From Isurus oxyrinchus (taxonomy: Eukaryota): a stretch of DNA of 64,000 nt. The DNA lies in assembly GCA_026770705.1 (NCBI GenBank), contig JANJGN010000121.1, positions 310,001 to 374,000 on the forward strand. The letters are read 5' to 3'. The notes beneath the pieces were generated by a model, which was not told the DNA's origin, did no database searches, and saw only the letters and a program-made list of their open reading frames with translations. The stretch's first letter is position 1, and the number at the start of each line of letters is the position of its first letter. Positions 11,080 to 24,546 of this stretch are shown here, one piece after another. The position numbers and the translations under genes are program-made.

Positions 11080-11900
11080 CTGATGAGGCTGAATTGGGGG
11101 GATGGTCAATACTGAGGAAAATGGCAACAAATTATTTTGGCAGGAAGAATAGAAAAACAGGATATTATTTAAATGGAGACAGGATGCAGAATGCAGTACA
11201 GAGGGATCTGGGTGTCCTTGTACATGAATCACAGAAAGTCAGCATTCAGGAACACCACGGAATGAGGAAGGCAAGTGGAATGTTGGCCTTTATTGCAAAG
11301 GGATGGAGTATAAAAGGAGGGAAGTCTTGCAACAGCTGCACAGGGTGAGATTGTATCAGGAGCAGTGTGTACAGTTCTAGTCTCCTTACTTAGGGAGGGA
11401 TAGACTTGCATTGAAGGCAGTTCAGAGAAGCTTCACTGGGCTGATTCCTGGGATTAAAGGGTTTGTCCTGTGAGGAAATGTTGAGCAGGTTGGGCCTGTA
11501 TCCATTGGAGTTTAGAAGAATGAGGGGTGAGCTTATTGAAACATATCCGATTCCGAGGGGGCTTGACAGGGTGGATGCTGGGAGGATGTTTCCCCCTCGT
11601 GGGGGAATCTAGAACCAGGGAGCACAGTTTCGGAATGAGGGCTCTCCCATTTAAGACTGAGATGAGGAGGAATTTCCTCTCTCAGAGGGGCGCTAGCCTG
11701 TGGAATTCTCTTCCCCAGAGAGCAGTGGAGGCTGGGCCATTGAATAGACTCAAGGCTGAGTGAGGCAGGTTTTTGATCGACAAGGGAGTCAAGGGTTTGG
11801 GGAACAGGCAGGAAAATGGAGTTAAGGCCACAACCAGATCAGTGAGAGCAGGCTGGAGGGGCCGAATGGCCTGCTCCTGTCCCTATTTCTTATGTTCCTA
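11080..11900 (+). mobile_element. CR1 LINE fragment
   Basis: YYLNGDRMQNAVQRDLGVLVHESQKV and RRNFLSQR segments, followed by a CR1-like 3' tail. Confidence 0.85.
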
Positions 11901-11989
11901 CATTCTTACCTTCTTAAAATATTAAAGCTGCAGAATAAACATGCAAGTGACTGACCCGCTCGACCCACCTTCCATCAGTGGCTGGAGGA

Positions 11990-13110
11990 GGTTACACAGA
12001 TAGGGAGGTTTGTGGGGGCTGTAGGAGGTAACAGAGATAGGGAGGGCTGTAGATACTGGAGGAGGTTACGCAGATAGGGAGGGTGGTAGGACCTGGAGGA
12101 GGTTGCGGAGATAGGGAGGGCTGTAGGGATTTGAGGAGTTTATGGAGATGGGGAGCGTGTAGGGACTGGAGGAGGCTGCAAGGGCAGAGAGGGTTTTAGG
12201 GGCAGGAGGAGTTTACAGGGATAGGAAGAGTTGTAGGGGCTGGACGGATTGCAGAGGTAGGGAGGGTTGGAAAGGCTGGTGGAGGTTTCAGAGGTAGGGA
12301 AGGTTGCAGGGACTGGAGGAGTTTACAGAGATGGGGGAGTTTTTGGGGCAGGATGGGGTTACAGAGATAGGGAGGGTTGTAGGGGCAGGACGAGGTTACA
12401 TAGATATGGAGTGTGGCTGGGGCTGAGGGAGGCTACAGAGATAGGGAGGGTTATAATGGCTGGAGGAGGTTACAGAGATAATGGAAGCTTTTAGGGACTG
12501 GAGGAGGTTACAGAGATAGGGAGGGTTGTAGTGGGCTGGATGAGGTGACAGAAATATGAAGGGTTGTAAGAGATGGAGCAGCTTACAGAGATTGGGAGAG
12601 GTATTCGGTCTGGAGGAGGTTGCAGAGATAGGGGAGGTTGTTAGGACTGAAGGAGGCTACAAATATCGCGAGGGTTATCAGGGCTTGAGGAGGTTAAAGA
12701 GATAGGGAGGGGTGTTGGGTCCGGAGGAGTTTGCAGTGATAGGATTGGTTTTCGGGATTGGAAGAAGGTACTGAGATAGGAGGGTTGTAGAGACTGGAGG
12801 AGTCTCCTGAGATAGGGAGGGTTGTAGGGACTGGAGGAGGCTCCTGAGATAGGGAGGGTTGTAGGGACTGGAGGAGGCTCCTGAGATAGGGAGGGTTGTA
12901 GGGACTGGAAGAGGCTCCTGAGATAGGGAGGGTTGTAGGGACTGGAGGAGGCTCCTGAAATAGGGAGGGTTGTAGGGACTGGAGGAGGCTCCTGAGATAG
13001 GGAGGGTTGTAGGGACTGGAGGAGGCTCCTGAAATAGGGAGGGTTGTAGGGACTGGAGGAGGCTCCTGAGATAGGGAGGGTTGTAGGGACAGGAGGAGAC
13101 TCCTGAGATA
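11990..13110. repeat. About 31-32 nt purine-rich minisatellite (GGGAGGGTTGTAGGGACTGGAGGAGGCTCCTGAGATA)
   Basis: Near-perfect units at 12770-13110, degenerate units leftward. Confidence 0.9.
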
Positions 13111-13139
13111 GGGAATGTTGCCGTGGATGAAGGAAGAGG

Positions 13140-14100
13140 AGGAGATTACTGTAATAGGGAGGAAAAATATTCAAAAATTGTGGCATTGAGACTTTGCTTG
13201 ACCAGGAACCAGTCTCGGGACTTGGTGTGAGTAAGGACGTGGTCAGCAGTTTTGGATGGCCTCAAGTTTATGGAGTGTAGAGCGTGTGTTGGAACAGTCG
13301 AGACTGGAGGTAATGAAGGCGTGGATGAGGGTTTCAGCAGCAGATGAGCTGAGACAGGGTGACATCGTACAATGTTTCGGAGGTGGAAATAGACGGTGTT
13401 AGTGAGGGCGCAGATATGAGGCCGGAAGCTCATCTCAGGATCAAATGGGACAACAAAGCTGTGAACAGATTGGCTTCAATCTCAGAGAGCTGCCAGGGAG
13501 AGGAATGGAGTTGGTAGCGAGGGAACAGAGTTTGGAATGGGGAATGAAGACAATGGCTTCAGTCTTTCCAATATTTAATTGGAGGGAATTTCTGCCCATC
13601 CAGTACTGGATGTCGGATAAGCAGCCTGATAATTTAGCAGCAGTGGCGGAGTCGAGAGAGGTGGTGGTGAGGTAGAGCTGGGGATCCTCAGTGGACAGGT
13701 GAAAACTAACACTGTTCAGATGATGCTGCAAAGCCATTGCAAGTGATTCTCTGGCTACGATGAGATGGATAAGAATGGAGCCAGGGGAGAGCAGTCCCAC
13801 CCAGCTGGACGACAGTGGACAGGTGTTGGAGGAGGATGGTGTGGTCGAGTGTGTCAAAGGCTGCAGACAGATCGAGAAGGACGAGGAGGGAAAGTTGACC
13901 TTTGTCACAGTCACACAGGATGCCATTTGTGACCTTGATAGGAGCTGTTTCAGCACAGTGGCTGGGGTGGGAACCTGATTGGAGGGATTCAAACATGGAG
14001 TTCCGGGAAAGATGGGAACGGATTCGGGAGATGGAAACACGTTCAAGGACTTTGGAGGGGAAAGAGAGGCTGGAGATGGGACGGGGGTTTACACGGACAG
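13140..14100 (-). mobile_element. L2-clade LINE RT fragment
   Basis: ORF 13706-14140 contains RPISSLSFPSKVLER...LVLLDLSAAFDTLDHTILL. A second frame contains LQLNIGKTEAIVF. Confidence 0.85.
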
Positions 14101-14360
14101 TGTGAGGGGTGAAAGGTGTAGTGGGGAGGAGATACTTCACTCAGGGGGGAGGTGTCATCACCCCTCAGCTCGGTTTACGTTACAGCTATGATGTGGATTC
14201 AATCACACACAATAAGCTCATGGATCTGGGAGCAGAAATAGACAAATCATTAAAAATAGTGACGCTGGTTAACATGGCCAAAAAACAAGCAAATCAAACA
14301 CTATTATTTCCCATTGAGTGTTGGATGTGAATTGTTGAGTAATTATAACACAGCACTTAC

Positions 14361-14738
14361 CAGAAACCTGAAGCTGGGTTACAGGGTAATAGTTATGGCT
14401 TGGACGATTGCCAAATTTTATCGTGAAAAAATAAGGTCCTGCATCTTCCCGTCTGATGTTGTTTATAATCAGGGAACAGTCGCCATCTTTCAGGTCTCCA
14501 GACAGCCGGGTCCGATGGCGGAACCGTGGTAACTCGTGACTGTGACCCTTGGAGTGAAAGGCTATAGACCATTTAGACCATTTGTTCCGTATGTAGCTTC
14601 TCATTTTCCAGATTCCGACATGTGGTTTCTTTACCAAATCTGATGGATAACTGTAATGACATGGAATCTGTACACACGAACCTTTCTGCGCTGTCACCTC
14701 TCGTGGAGTGTCACCTTTCCACTCTTGTGACAATCCAA
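14361..14738 (-). CDS. Gene A V-set exon V1 (essential Arg replaced by Thr, YFFTIKF)
   Basis: 378 nt, phase 1-1, tttctctccccag/gtaagt boundaries, open frame, Siglec Cys pattern. ACG at 14422-14424. Confidence 0.9.
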
Positions 14739-15054
14739 CTGGGGAGAGAAATATCAATATTTAACTCTGGATGTTTTGTTGATCCACAAGATTCATTATC
14801 CACCCCCTCCATCACTCGGGCACAGTGGCTGCAGTGTGGACCATCTACAGGACACACAATGAACTCCACAAGGTATCACACCGGATGGAAGAGAATCCTG
14901 GACACAAAAGCGGAAAAGTTCATTCTACATTGGTTCATGGTCCTCAGGACCCTGTTTGTGCAGAAGTCTGCTCTCCAACAGAACTGAAGTTGGGGACAAT
15001 GCATTTGGAATTCCACTGTCCTGGGCATTGGGTTAACTTGCTGATTTTGTTTTG

Positions 15055-15782
15055 CCTAAAGCAAAATAGGCTTGTGAGAAGCCAGAAGATCCTAGGAGAC
15101 ACCACAGGTTGGTGACTCATTACTACGGCCATGTGAAGCCATGGTGTTCCATTGACACGGCTGAGCATTGGAGAGACAGGGCGTGGAAGGAAGGCTGAAT
15201 GCACGTGGCGATCCAGGGGGCAGGAACATGGGAAGGAGAGTTTGAAATAGTGAAAGTGGACCCTTCTGGAAGGTGTCTGAGTGAAAGTGTCATGTTGGAG
15301 GAGATTCCAAAGTGAGTTCTTGGAGAGTGGAGATTGGAAACTCTCATATGAAAGAAGCTTTTCAGTGAGACTGGTTGGCTCACAGTGTAACAAGCGTCTG
15401 GGGACAGATGAGACATAGATATTGTTTCAAGTGGGCTCTGCCACTTGCTTTCAGGTCCCTGACCACAGGTCGTCTATTGGTTTATATCGACTGTGCACTT
15501 AGTGTGAACATGAGAATATAAGATAGTTATTGTAACTTGTGTTCTACTTATGAATCTGCAAAGGTATAGATCTGGGTGAAGGTGTAATGTAATATAGTTT
15601 GTCTTTCCTAGTTTAATAAATGTTTTATTCTTTTGTTAGAAGATCATCAGATGACTCCTGTGACTCTGTTCAGTAGCCGCACTCCACATTCCTAAATAAA
15701 AAATAAAAGTTAGGACCTATCAAGCTGAGTTCCACCCTGGGATCTGACTTGCCCAGTAGTAACATCAGCTGGGATGATAACA
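15055..15782 (+). mobile_element. Truncated copy of the LTR-like element at 27937-29184
   Basis: Direct similarity to 28430-29184, ending ...gggatgataaca. Confidence 0.5.
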
Positions 15783-15973
15783 CCATCCAGTCCAAGTTTC
15801 ACTTTGGCCTGTGAGCAGAACACAGCTCACACAGTTTGGCCGCAGGTGTTTCCCAGCTTTCTATCCTTGTATATCTGTTCTCATGTCCCTGTTCTAAATA
15901 ACTGAACCCACAATGTATTTACCCAATTCCATATCAGTGGCTGGTGCCTTTATATCATTATAAAAACACAACA

Positions 15974-18160
15974 TGGTGGTCAGCGGTGGCCAAACATTCT
16001 GGCAGCAAGATTCAGTACAGGTATGACATGGTGAACAGCCTTAGATCGAATTACATGGCATGAGACGACCCTCGACGCTTTGGTCAGACCACAACAGAGA
16101 CACAGCATCAGAGAGGGTTGAAATCGCAGTGTACTGACTGCTCAGGAATCCTTCGAAGACACAGTGACGGGAAAGAGCTCAAGTAAAGAGCTGGGGAGCA
16201 GACGGATCCCTCGTGGTGAGATTACAGCACACGGCCTGTAGGTCAGTGAGTGGGACAATGTGTATCGCCAGGACCAGCAGCGGGTTAGCTCAGTCAGGGA
16301 AGGCGAGTGACCAGGGTGTGGGCTGGATCGATAGTGAGCGAGGGAGATTCAAACACACAAAAACCATTATAAAAATCAGCCCAGAGAAGTTAGTGATTAT
16401 AACGGGCGGCTTTGAGATTGATGAACAGCAAATTGAATAAAAAACAAAGACTCCATTACTCCGTGGTGTGTTCCTGCCACAACCCGTCTCCGTGGGCGGA
16501 GCTTCAGAAAAGCGCACAAAAGGGGCTAAAGCGACACTCATCCCAGGTCCTGTAGAAGAAGGAACGTCAAAGGAATATTGTCAGAATGTCCACGAAATTC
16601 CCCAGTTTGAACTGGGATGTAGCTGACCGACTATCTGAATTCAGAATGTTTAAACAGCGTACAGAGCTCTGGTTTCCTGATTCAGGTGTGACTGAACCAG
16701 ACGAGCCACCCATAAAAATTCACCTCGCGATTGGGAATGAAGGTCTACACAGGCTGAACACGTCAGGATTAACAGCAGAAGAGCGAAAGGATCCCCAATA
16801 GATATGGACGACATTGGAAGACAGGTTCAGAATCAGGTGAAACTCCATATTCATCAACTAGAGTTTATGTCATTTCATCAGCCTACACAATCCATAGACC
16901 ACTTCATCAGCCGATGTAGAGAAAAGGGTACGCACTGTGATTTCAAACACAGAGCCTGCAGACACAGTTGTTGAGTTGGTGATCACATCCACTCCCATGG
17001 AAGCCTTCCAGAAAGATCTGCTAGATAAGACCAAAACCTATAGCATTGAAGAGTTACTCTAGGATGGACATAAATACGAAGTGATCCTCGCAGGTCAACG
17101 AAGCTTATAGGTCCTCAGTACAACATCAATTGTTGGCACACTCACTAGAACATCCAAACCTAGTGAGACGTGTGGAAGGTGTGGCCTTCTGCGGACACCA
17201 AGGAAATGCCCAGCTTTCCACCAATCCTGCAAGGCTTGTGGCAGAAAGGGCCATTGACAGCGGCAGGGCACTAGAGCAAAGGCTGATGCAGCTACAAAGA
17301 GCCGTGCGCTGATCCAAACAAACCCTGCACAACGGGGAACCTTCAAGCAATAAGAATGACCATCCGCTATCCCATCAGGAACATATACATGTGGTGACTG
17401 ACAAACCAGGAAATGGCGATGATGTGCATGACGAGACTAGGAGCGGTGATCGATATTCCACCTCTCACACATATCCTGACGTGGCTTGCCAATAAATTGT
17501 GGATTGTGGTCTTTATTGATCTCTCTGGGCACATCAAATAAACTGAAAATGTTCCCATAGGGGTGGGATTTTCTGGCCCCACCCACTTCCATGATTGTCC
17601 GGTCCGGCCGAAAACCAATGGATTTACGTCTGTCCCAGTCTCAGAAACTATCCCATCAGCTCAGTGCATGACATAACATTGAAATATGCAGAAAGATTCA
17701 ACAATATTGGCAGTTTCAAGGGAGCTGCAACATTACACCTGCAGGAGAATGCAAGTCTGTCAGACTCCTTGCATTAAAATTAATACAATCCAACTTTGCC
17801 ACGCGATATTGAGCCTGAAATGGCCAATAATTTCTATGCCTTCCAGGTTCATTTGCTCTCTCTTCTAATTTTGGCTGTGCATCTCTCTCTGTTGAACCTC
17901 CTCTCGGGATCCCATCCCCTGCCATTTTAGTTTAAAGCCTCCTCAATTGCATCAAGGGTGTAATGTCAATTGAAACCAGGGACAACATCGAAGAATGACA
18001 ATCCCACAGATCAATGTGAGCAATTAAAGAAACCTCCAGACAACTTTGCCACCACAAGATCTCGACATAACAGCAGATTACCTCTACGCTTTAGAGACTC
18101 AAATATTCAACAGATCTATACACTTATGTAATTGTCAAGAAATATGAAAATGATACCAGG
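15974..18160 (+). mobile_element. Gypsy internal remnant, copy 2 (gene A leader-V1 intron)
   Basis: Colinear duplicate of 84-2270. PBS-like TGGTGGTCAGCGGTGG at 15974, gag ORF 16586-16801. Confidence 0.75.
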
Positions 18161-19148
18161 AACCTCTTGTTCCCTGTCCTTCTCAAAGATCCATCCCTGC
18201 AGCAGGAGCCTGAAGAGTTACTGATGTGGGGCTTAATTTATCAGATTGTAGAATGATCCGGAACAGAAGGATGCCATTTGGCCCATCGAGCCTGTGCTGG
18301 GCCTTTGAAAGATCTGTCCAATTAGTCCCACTCTAACCTCTGCTCTCTCCTCCACAGCCCTGCAAAATGTCCCCTTCAAGTATTTATCTAGTTCCCCTTC
18401 TGAAAGTTCCTGTTGAATCTGCTTCCACCGCCCTTTCAGGCAGTGAGTCAATGGTCTCTCTCTGAGCTGCAAAGTGCTAATGTTCTGAGAAGTTTAAACT
18501 CTGCAGCAGGTCAGAAACAATCATGATGACTCAGAATATTTGACAGTTTTACACACAGACAGCTTTGCCTTCCTTCTCTCTTTCAGTTATCTTGCTCCCT
18601 TATTGAAGTATCTAGCATGGTGAGAATGGACAGGAAGTGTGACACTGAACAGCCTGTCTATTCTAGGAGCTGCTGTGTTGTCTTCATGGGAAATTCTGAC
18701 AAAATCAGCAAAAGACACAAAATTTCAGGGCCTTGTTATCCGAGTCCCAGCATCAGGATAGACCTCATTCCCCAGTTGGTATTCCTGATTCTCTATTCAG
18801 CTGATTGCTCCCCTGTCACTGGCTGAACTACACTGGCTCTCAGTCCAGCAATGACTCAAATTTCAAATTCTCATCATAGATTTCTTACCCCACCATCCCC
18901 CCTCTACACTCTCTATCTCTGTAACCTCCTCCAACCCTAAAACCCTCTGTGATCTCTGCTCTCCTCCAATTCTGCTGTCAGACAGGGAGTCACTGTATAT
19001 CAGTGAGCACAGGGGTGATGGGTGAATGGGACTTGGTGTGAGTTTGTACACTGGCTCACTGCTGAATCGGTTCCCAATCACACTCAATAAGAATGATCTT
19101 TTACAAAGACTATTAGCCATAAACTGTCCGAGCTGACGATGTTATTAC

Positions 19149-19188
19149 CTTGGAGAAGTGACAGGAGGAAGTAGGATTTCCCGATCAT
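19149..19188 (-). CDS. Gene A signal-peptide exon MIGKSYFLLSLLQ
   Basis: ATG at 19188 and G|gtaata donor. Phase 1 joins V1 to give ...LLQVGLS-QEW. Confidence 0.85.
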
Positions 19189-19259
19189 TGTCCACTCCCA
19201 GATATTTCATAAGCTTCTGACTCTCAAACTCTGAAAGAGAAAGGAGTTAATGAGACCTC

Positions 19260-19779
19260 ATCTCTTGTCCGACAGCTCTCAAGAGATCAGAACTGTTTTT
19301 GGACAATGTCTTGACAGACTAATTTGATTCTCTGTGGGATGATAGGTGCTCTGCAGAGAGTTTCAAGGCTTTAAGAAAGAAAAACATTGAAGGATTTGCA
19401 TTTCTATAGCACCTTTCACCACCTCAAGACATCCCAAAGCTCATGTCTCTGCACTTCCCTCATCCCTTGAGCTAGAAAGATGTTCTGTACAACAGACTTG
19501 AGTCTCACACCCAGATCTCAATAACCAGTAGAAATCTTTCAAAGGCATCAATCATTGGAATCTGTCTTTATAAAGTCACAACATCAACAAAGGACGGTGT
19601 TGGTCGTGGAAGTGAATTCCAATTGTTCCGTTACTTACCCAGGACATGTCCGACTGCTCGCCTGGGGAGGAACTGCCCACACGCTCTGCTTGGGCTGAAT
19701 GACCTCTTCCTGTGCTGCTCCCTCTGTGTGTTTAATTAGAAAGGGTGGATGTGTCACTGTGAGACAAAATGAGGAAGTG
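19260..19779 (-). promoter_or_regulatory. Gene A 5'UTR/promoter module (exon 19639-19756, PU.1-like site 19766-19779, second UTR exon with donor GT>AT at ~19261)
   Basis: Homologous to 3373-3890. acctcaTctc here versus acctcaCctc in the other copies. Confidence 0.6.
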
Positions 19780-20004
19780 GGTAACCAGTGAGAAGATCGA
19801 GGATGTTTTGTGCTCTCAGCAAAACGTTTACCATGTGATGATCTGTCAGCTCATATTTGGGCAGCTGTAGTCATCAAGCTTCTCCATTGGCTCCGTGGGA
19901 TTAGACTCCTCCCCCTCACCTCGGAGGCTGAAACTCAGGCGATAAGAGTTCCCAATACTGGTCTCTGGCCTTATGATACATTTCAACGATCCCTGTTATC
20001 ATTA

Positions 20005-21810
20005 AGGAGGGAGTGCTGCACTGTCAGTGGGACTGTACTGTGGGAGGGCTGCACTATCAGAGGGTCAGTACTGAGGGAGTCTGCACTGTCAGAGTGTCAG
20101 TACTGAGGGAGTGCTGCACTGTCAGCGGCACTGTACTGTGGGAGGGCTGCACTATCAGAGGGTCAGTAATGTGGGAGGTCTGCACTGTCAGAGGGTCAGT
20201 ACTGTGGGAGTGCTGCAACATCAGAGGGTCAGTAATGAGGGAGTGCTGCACTATCAGAGTGTAAGTAATGTGGGAGTGCTGAATTGTCGGAGGGTCTGTA
20301 CTGAGTGAGTTCCGCACAGTTGGAGGGTCAGTATTGAGGAGGTGCCGGACTGTGGGAGGGTTAGTACTGAGGTAGAGTGGAGTGTGAGGATATATCCTTT
20401 CATGGCAAAGTTTAACTGGAATATATTTAAACACAATTCTTGTACTGTGTGTTATTGCAAAAGAAAGGATTTGAGGAACTAAGTCTTGTTCCCGTAAGCC
20501 TAAAAATAATTTTCACAGATTTCAATGATTTAGCATTAAAACCTGCCTCTTTGGGCGAAAGTCTTGATTGAAACAACTCGCACAGCACAGTGGGAGGGTG
20601 AGTACTGAGGGAGTGCTGCACTGTGGGAGGGTGAGTACTGAGGGAGTGCTGCACTGTGGGAGGGTGAGTACTGAGGGAGTGCTGCACAGTGGGAGGGTGA
20701 GTACTGAGGGAGTGCTGCACTGTCAGAGGTTCAGTAATGAGGGAGTGCTGCACTGTCAGAGGGTCAGTAATGTCGGAGGGCTGCACTGTCAGAGGCTCAG
20801 TAATGTGGGAGGGCTGCACTGTCAGAGGGTCAGTAATGTGGGAGGTCTGCACTGTCAGATGGTCAGTAATGAGGGAGTGCTGCACTGTCAGAGGGTCAGT
20901 AATGTGGGAGGGCTGCACTGTTAGAGGGTCACTAATGTGGGAGTGCTGCACTGTCGGAGGGTCTGTACTGAGTGAGTTCCGCACAATTGGAGGGTCAGTA
21001 TTGAGAGTGTGCCGGACTGTGGGAGGGTTAGTACTGAGGTAGAGCGGAGCGTGAGGAGATATCCTTTCATGGCAAAGTTTAACTGGAATTTATTTAAAAA
21101 GAGATTCTTGTACTGTGTGTTATTGCAAAAGAAAGGATTTGAGGACCTAAGTCTTGTTCGCGTAAGCCTAAAAATAATTTTCACGGATTTCAATGATTTA
21201 GCAATGAAACCTCCCTCTTTGGGCACCAGGCTTGATTGAAACAACTCGCACAGCACTTCGGGAGAGTGAGTACTGAGGGAGGGCTGCACTGTGGGAGGGT
21301 GTGTACAGAGGGAGGGCTGCACTGTGGGAGGGTGAGAAGTGAGGGAGTGCTGCACTGTGGGAGCGTCAGTACTGAGGGAGTGCTGAACTGTCGGAAGGTC
21401 AGTAGTGAGGGAGGGATACAGTGTCAGAGGGTCACAACTGAGGGAATGCTGCACTGTCAGTTTGTCAGCACTGTGGGAGTGCTGCACAGTCAGAAGGTGT
21501 GTACCGAGGGAGTGCCAAACTGTCAGAAGGTCAGTAGTGAGGGAGGGATACAGTATCAGAGGATCAGTACTGAGGGAATGCTGCACTGTGGGTGAGTGAG
21601 TACTGAGGGAGTGCTGCACTGTCAGATTGTCATCCATGAGGGAGTGCTGCACTGTCAGAAGGTCAGTGCTGACGGGGTGCTGCACTTGAAAAGGGTCAAT
21701 AATGAGGTAGTGCAGCACTGTCAGAGGGACAGTAATGAGGGAGCACTGCACTGACGGAGGGTCAGCACTGAGGAAACGCTGCACTGTCAGTTCTGAGCGT
21801 GGTCTGCACT
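20005..21810. repeat. 33-nt minisatellite with two ~215-bp cassettes (duplicate of 4105-5830)
   Basis: Same unit and cassettes, different unit counts. Confidence 0.9.
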
Positions 21811-22459
21811 GTCCTAAGTGCATTCTAGGCACTGCCCAAGGTTCCGCCTGATGTCTGTGTAACAACAACATCATGTACACGTCGAGAATATTTCTCACGG
21901 TGTCGGTGCAGCAAGACAGCTTTGGAATGGCACCACCACTGGCAGGAGTGTGAATCTACAATGTGACATGTTTACATGGGAAATTTCTATTATAAAGATG
22001 GGCACAGGAATTCGTATGATAGAAAAAATGTGACAACATGAAGTAATGTCTTTGAACCAAAAATTTGGCTTCAAAATAAGAATTTTAATCTATAAATATC
22101 TACAGAACAGGCTGAGCATTTTAATCACTTGTGTTAATCAATGTAATTTTATTCATAACCCAAATGCTTCTTACAATCTATCGCAGCATGAAAAAGGTGC
22201 AGCATTCAGAAAGCACATTCCAATCAGAGAACAGAGTTTAGCAACGTCACATTTCTGTTCATTCCTATTCGACCATGTTTGCTGCACACAGCCAGACAAT
22301 GCCGTGGTTATGATGTGTCCACACAGCAGGACTGGGGAGCACCAGGTATAAGGAAAAGTTTCAGCTTGCTGAGGAGAAGAAGGAGAATCTCTCGTTGCAG
22401 GTTTCTCTCCGTACATTAAGAAGCAGACATGCCGATGTTTCATTGCACTCTGTCTGCTG

Positions 22460-23090
22460 ATGGGAGTCCGCTTGGAAATTGTTGTTTGTGCTGATGGAAA
22501 GAATTAGCTTTTCATAAATCGAGGCATTGAGTACAAACACAGGGAGGTTATGCTGAACATTTATAAAGCTCTGGTTAGGTCACAACTAGAGTATTGTGTC
22601 CAGTTCTGGTCTCCTCACTTTGGGAAGGAAGTGAGGGTCCTTGAGAGGGTGGGGAGGAGATTGAGCAGAATGGGTCCAGGGATGAGGGATTTTAGCTACA
22701 AGGTTGGGTTGGAGAAGCTGGGGTTGTTCTCCTTGGAGCAAAGGAGATTGAGGGGGGATCTGATCGAGGTGTACAAGATGATGATGGGTTTAGATCAGGT
22801 AGACGAAGAGAAGCTGTTGCTATTAGCTGATTGGACAAGGACTGGGGGACACAGATTGAAGGTTGTGGGCAGAGGGGGATGTGAGGAGGAACTTTTTTAC
22901 ACCGCGAGTGGTAATGAGCTGGAACTCGCTGCCTACGAGGATGGTGGAAGCGGAGACGATGAATGATTTCAAAAGGAAATTGGATGGACACTTGAGGGGA
23001 AATAAACTTGCAGGGATACGGGGATAGAGCGGGGGAATGGGACTGACTGGATTGCTCTACAGAGAGACAGCATGGAGTCGATGGGCCAAA
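22460..23090 (+). mobile_element. CR1 LINE 3' fragment (duplicate of 6470-7100)
   Basis: ORF 22550-22966 carries the same RT C-terminal motifs. Confidence 0.9.
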
Positions 23091-23133
23091 TGCCGTCCTT
23101 CTGTTCCATGACGAGATTGTTGCGTACAAATCT

Positions 23134-23273
23134 TTAAACAGTCTGTCGACTTCCTTTCACTGTTTGTCTCTCCCAGACACAGACTCCAGCGATAGTGATA
23201 ACCACAGCCACAAGGAATATCACAGCTCGTATTCCCAGGATCAGGATCACGTGCAGAATCTCTCCTCCACTGT
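23134..23273 (-). CDS. Gene B TM/terminal exon with TM Arg and tail WERQTVKGSRQTV*
   Basis: 140 nt like gene A. CGA at 23227-23229, TAA at 23134-23136. Confidence 0.75.
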
Positions 23274-24393
23274 CTAGAGAACACACAGAAAGAAATCATC
23301 ACTGACTCTCCGCTTTCAATCTCTCACTCTGGCTGAACAATCAAGCTTCATATCACTGCAACATTTGCTGTAATATTGACCCATCCACTGGGATTCAATG
23401 TGGAATGAATGTTTTCATTGTAAACACTCTAAGAGTGGACAATCGGAACTTTCCCCTTAGCGTGGAACATTGGTGAGAATGGATCATTGTGCTGTTTGAC
23501 TCCCTGTCCAATGTTTCTCTCCATCGCTGTGTACAGGATTGTGCTGTAGAAAATTCTGGAAACGTTTAGTGCAGGGTGGAAATCCATCTCGGACGCGTGT
23601 GCGAATCGGGCAGGATCGAGATGGACTCCCTCACGGACTTACACCCCCCGCTTAATAAACAGTTCCAATCTTTACCCAGAGAGAGGGGAGAATGTGGAAC
23701 TCGCTCCCACTGGGAGTGGTTGAGGTGAATAGTAGCAAATTAGGAAGGGAAATTGCTTGAAAAGCTTGGAGATGCAAGGGATAAATGCTACCGTGCCACC
23801 ACTGGTGGGAGAGTGTAACTACAGCGTGATGTTTACATAGGCAATCCCCATTATGAACAAGGACATTGGACATCATGTGAAAAATGGGCACTGGAAAGCT
23901 GAGAACATGATGTAAGCTTTTCACCAACAGGAATTCCCTTCCTAAACCTCTCCACTTCCCTCTTATTCTCAGATACTCAAACAAAATTTCACACAAAATC
24001 ACGTAAGAGGTTTTAGGACAGGTGACTGGTCAAAGGATTAGGTTTCAGGAAACTTCTTAAAGGAGGATAGAGAGTTGGAGAGGCAGAGAGTATCTGTGAG
24101 TATCTCTGTGCATCTGAGTGTCTGTAATAGACTTTGCAATTTCCATATTCTTCCATAAATATGAAAGGGAACACAAAACCCAGAATCTAGGTCAATACTC
24201 CGGTGCAGCACTGAGGGAGGTCAGGTAACCCACAGGGCAGATTGTGATAGTGTGTTTGTTTGTGAGTGTGTCTTTGTGTGTGCTCATACATGTGGGATTG
24301 TGTGTCTGCAGGTGTCTGCTTAGGTCTGTATATTTGTTTGTATTTGTGTAGTGTTTGAACCTGAGAGTGATGTTGAAGTCTGTGTACACTCAC

Positions 24394-24546
24394 GTTCCAC
24401 AGTGATGGTTATGGACACCTCCACTGCTCCATGTTCATTCTCTGCCACACATTGATAGTCTCCAGTGTCCCTGGATGTAATGTGAGGAATCACCAACCAC
24501 AGCTCATTGTTGGAACTTGTTCTGTTCATTGTGATATTGAGATGTC
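24394..24546 (-). pseudogene. Gene B decapitated second C2 exon
   Basis: Same breakpoint (ccTGACATCT) and same replacing sequence as at 9214. Confidence 0.8.
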
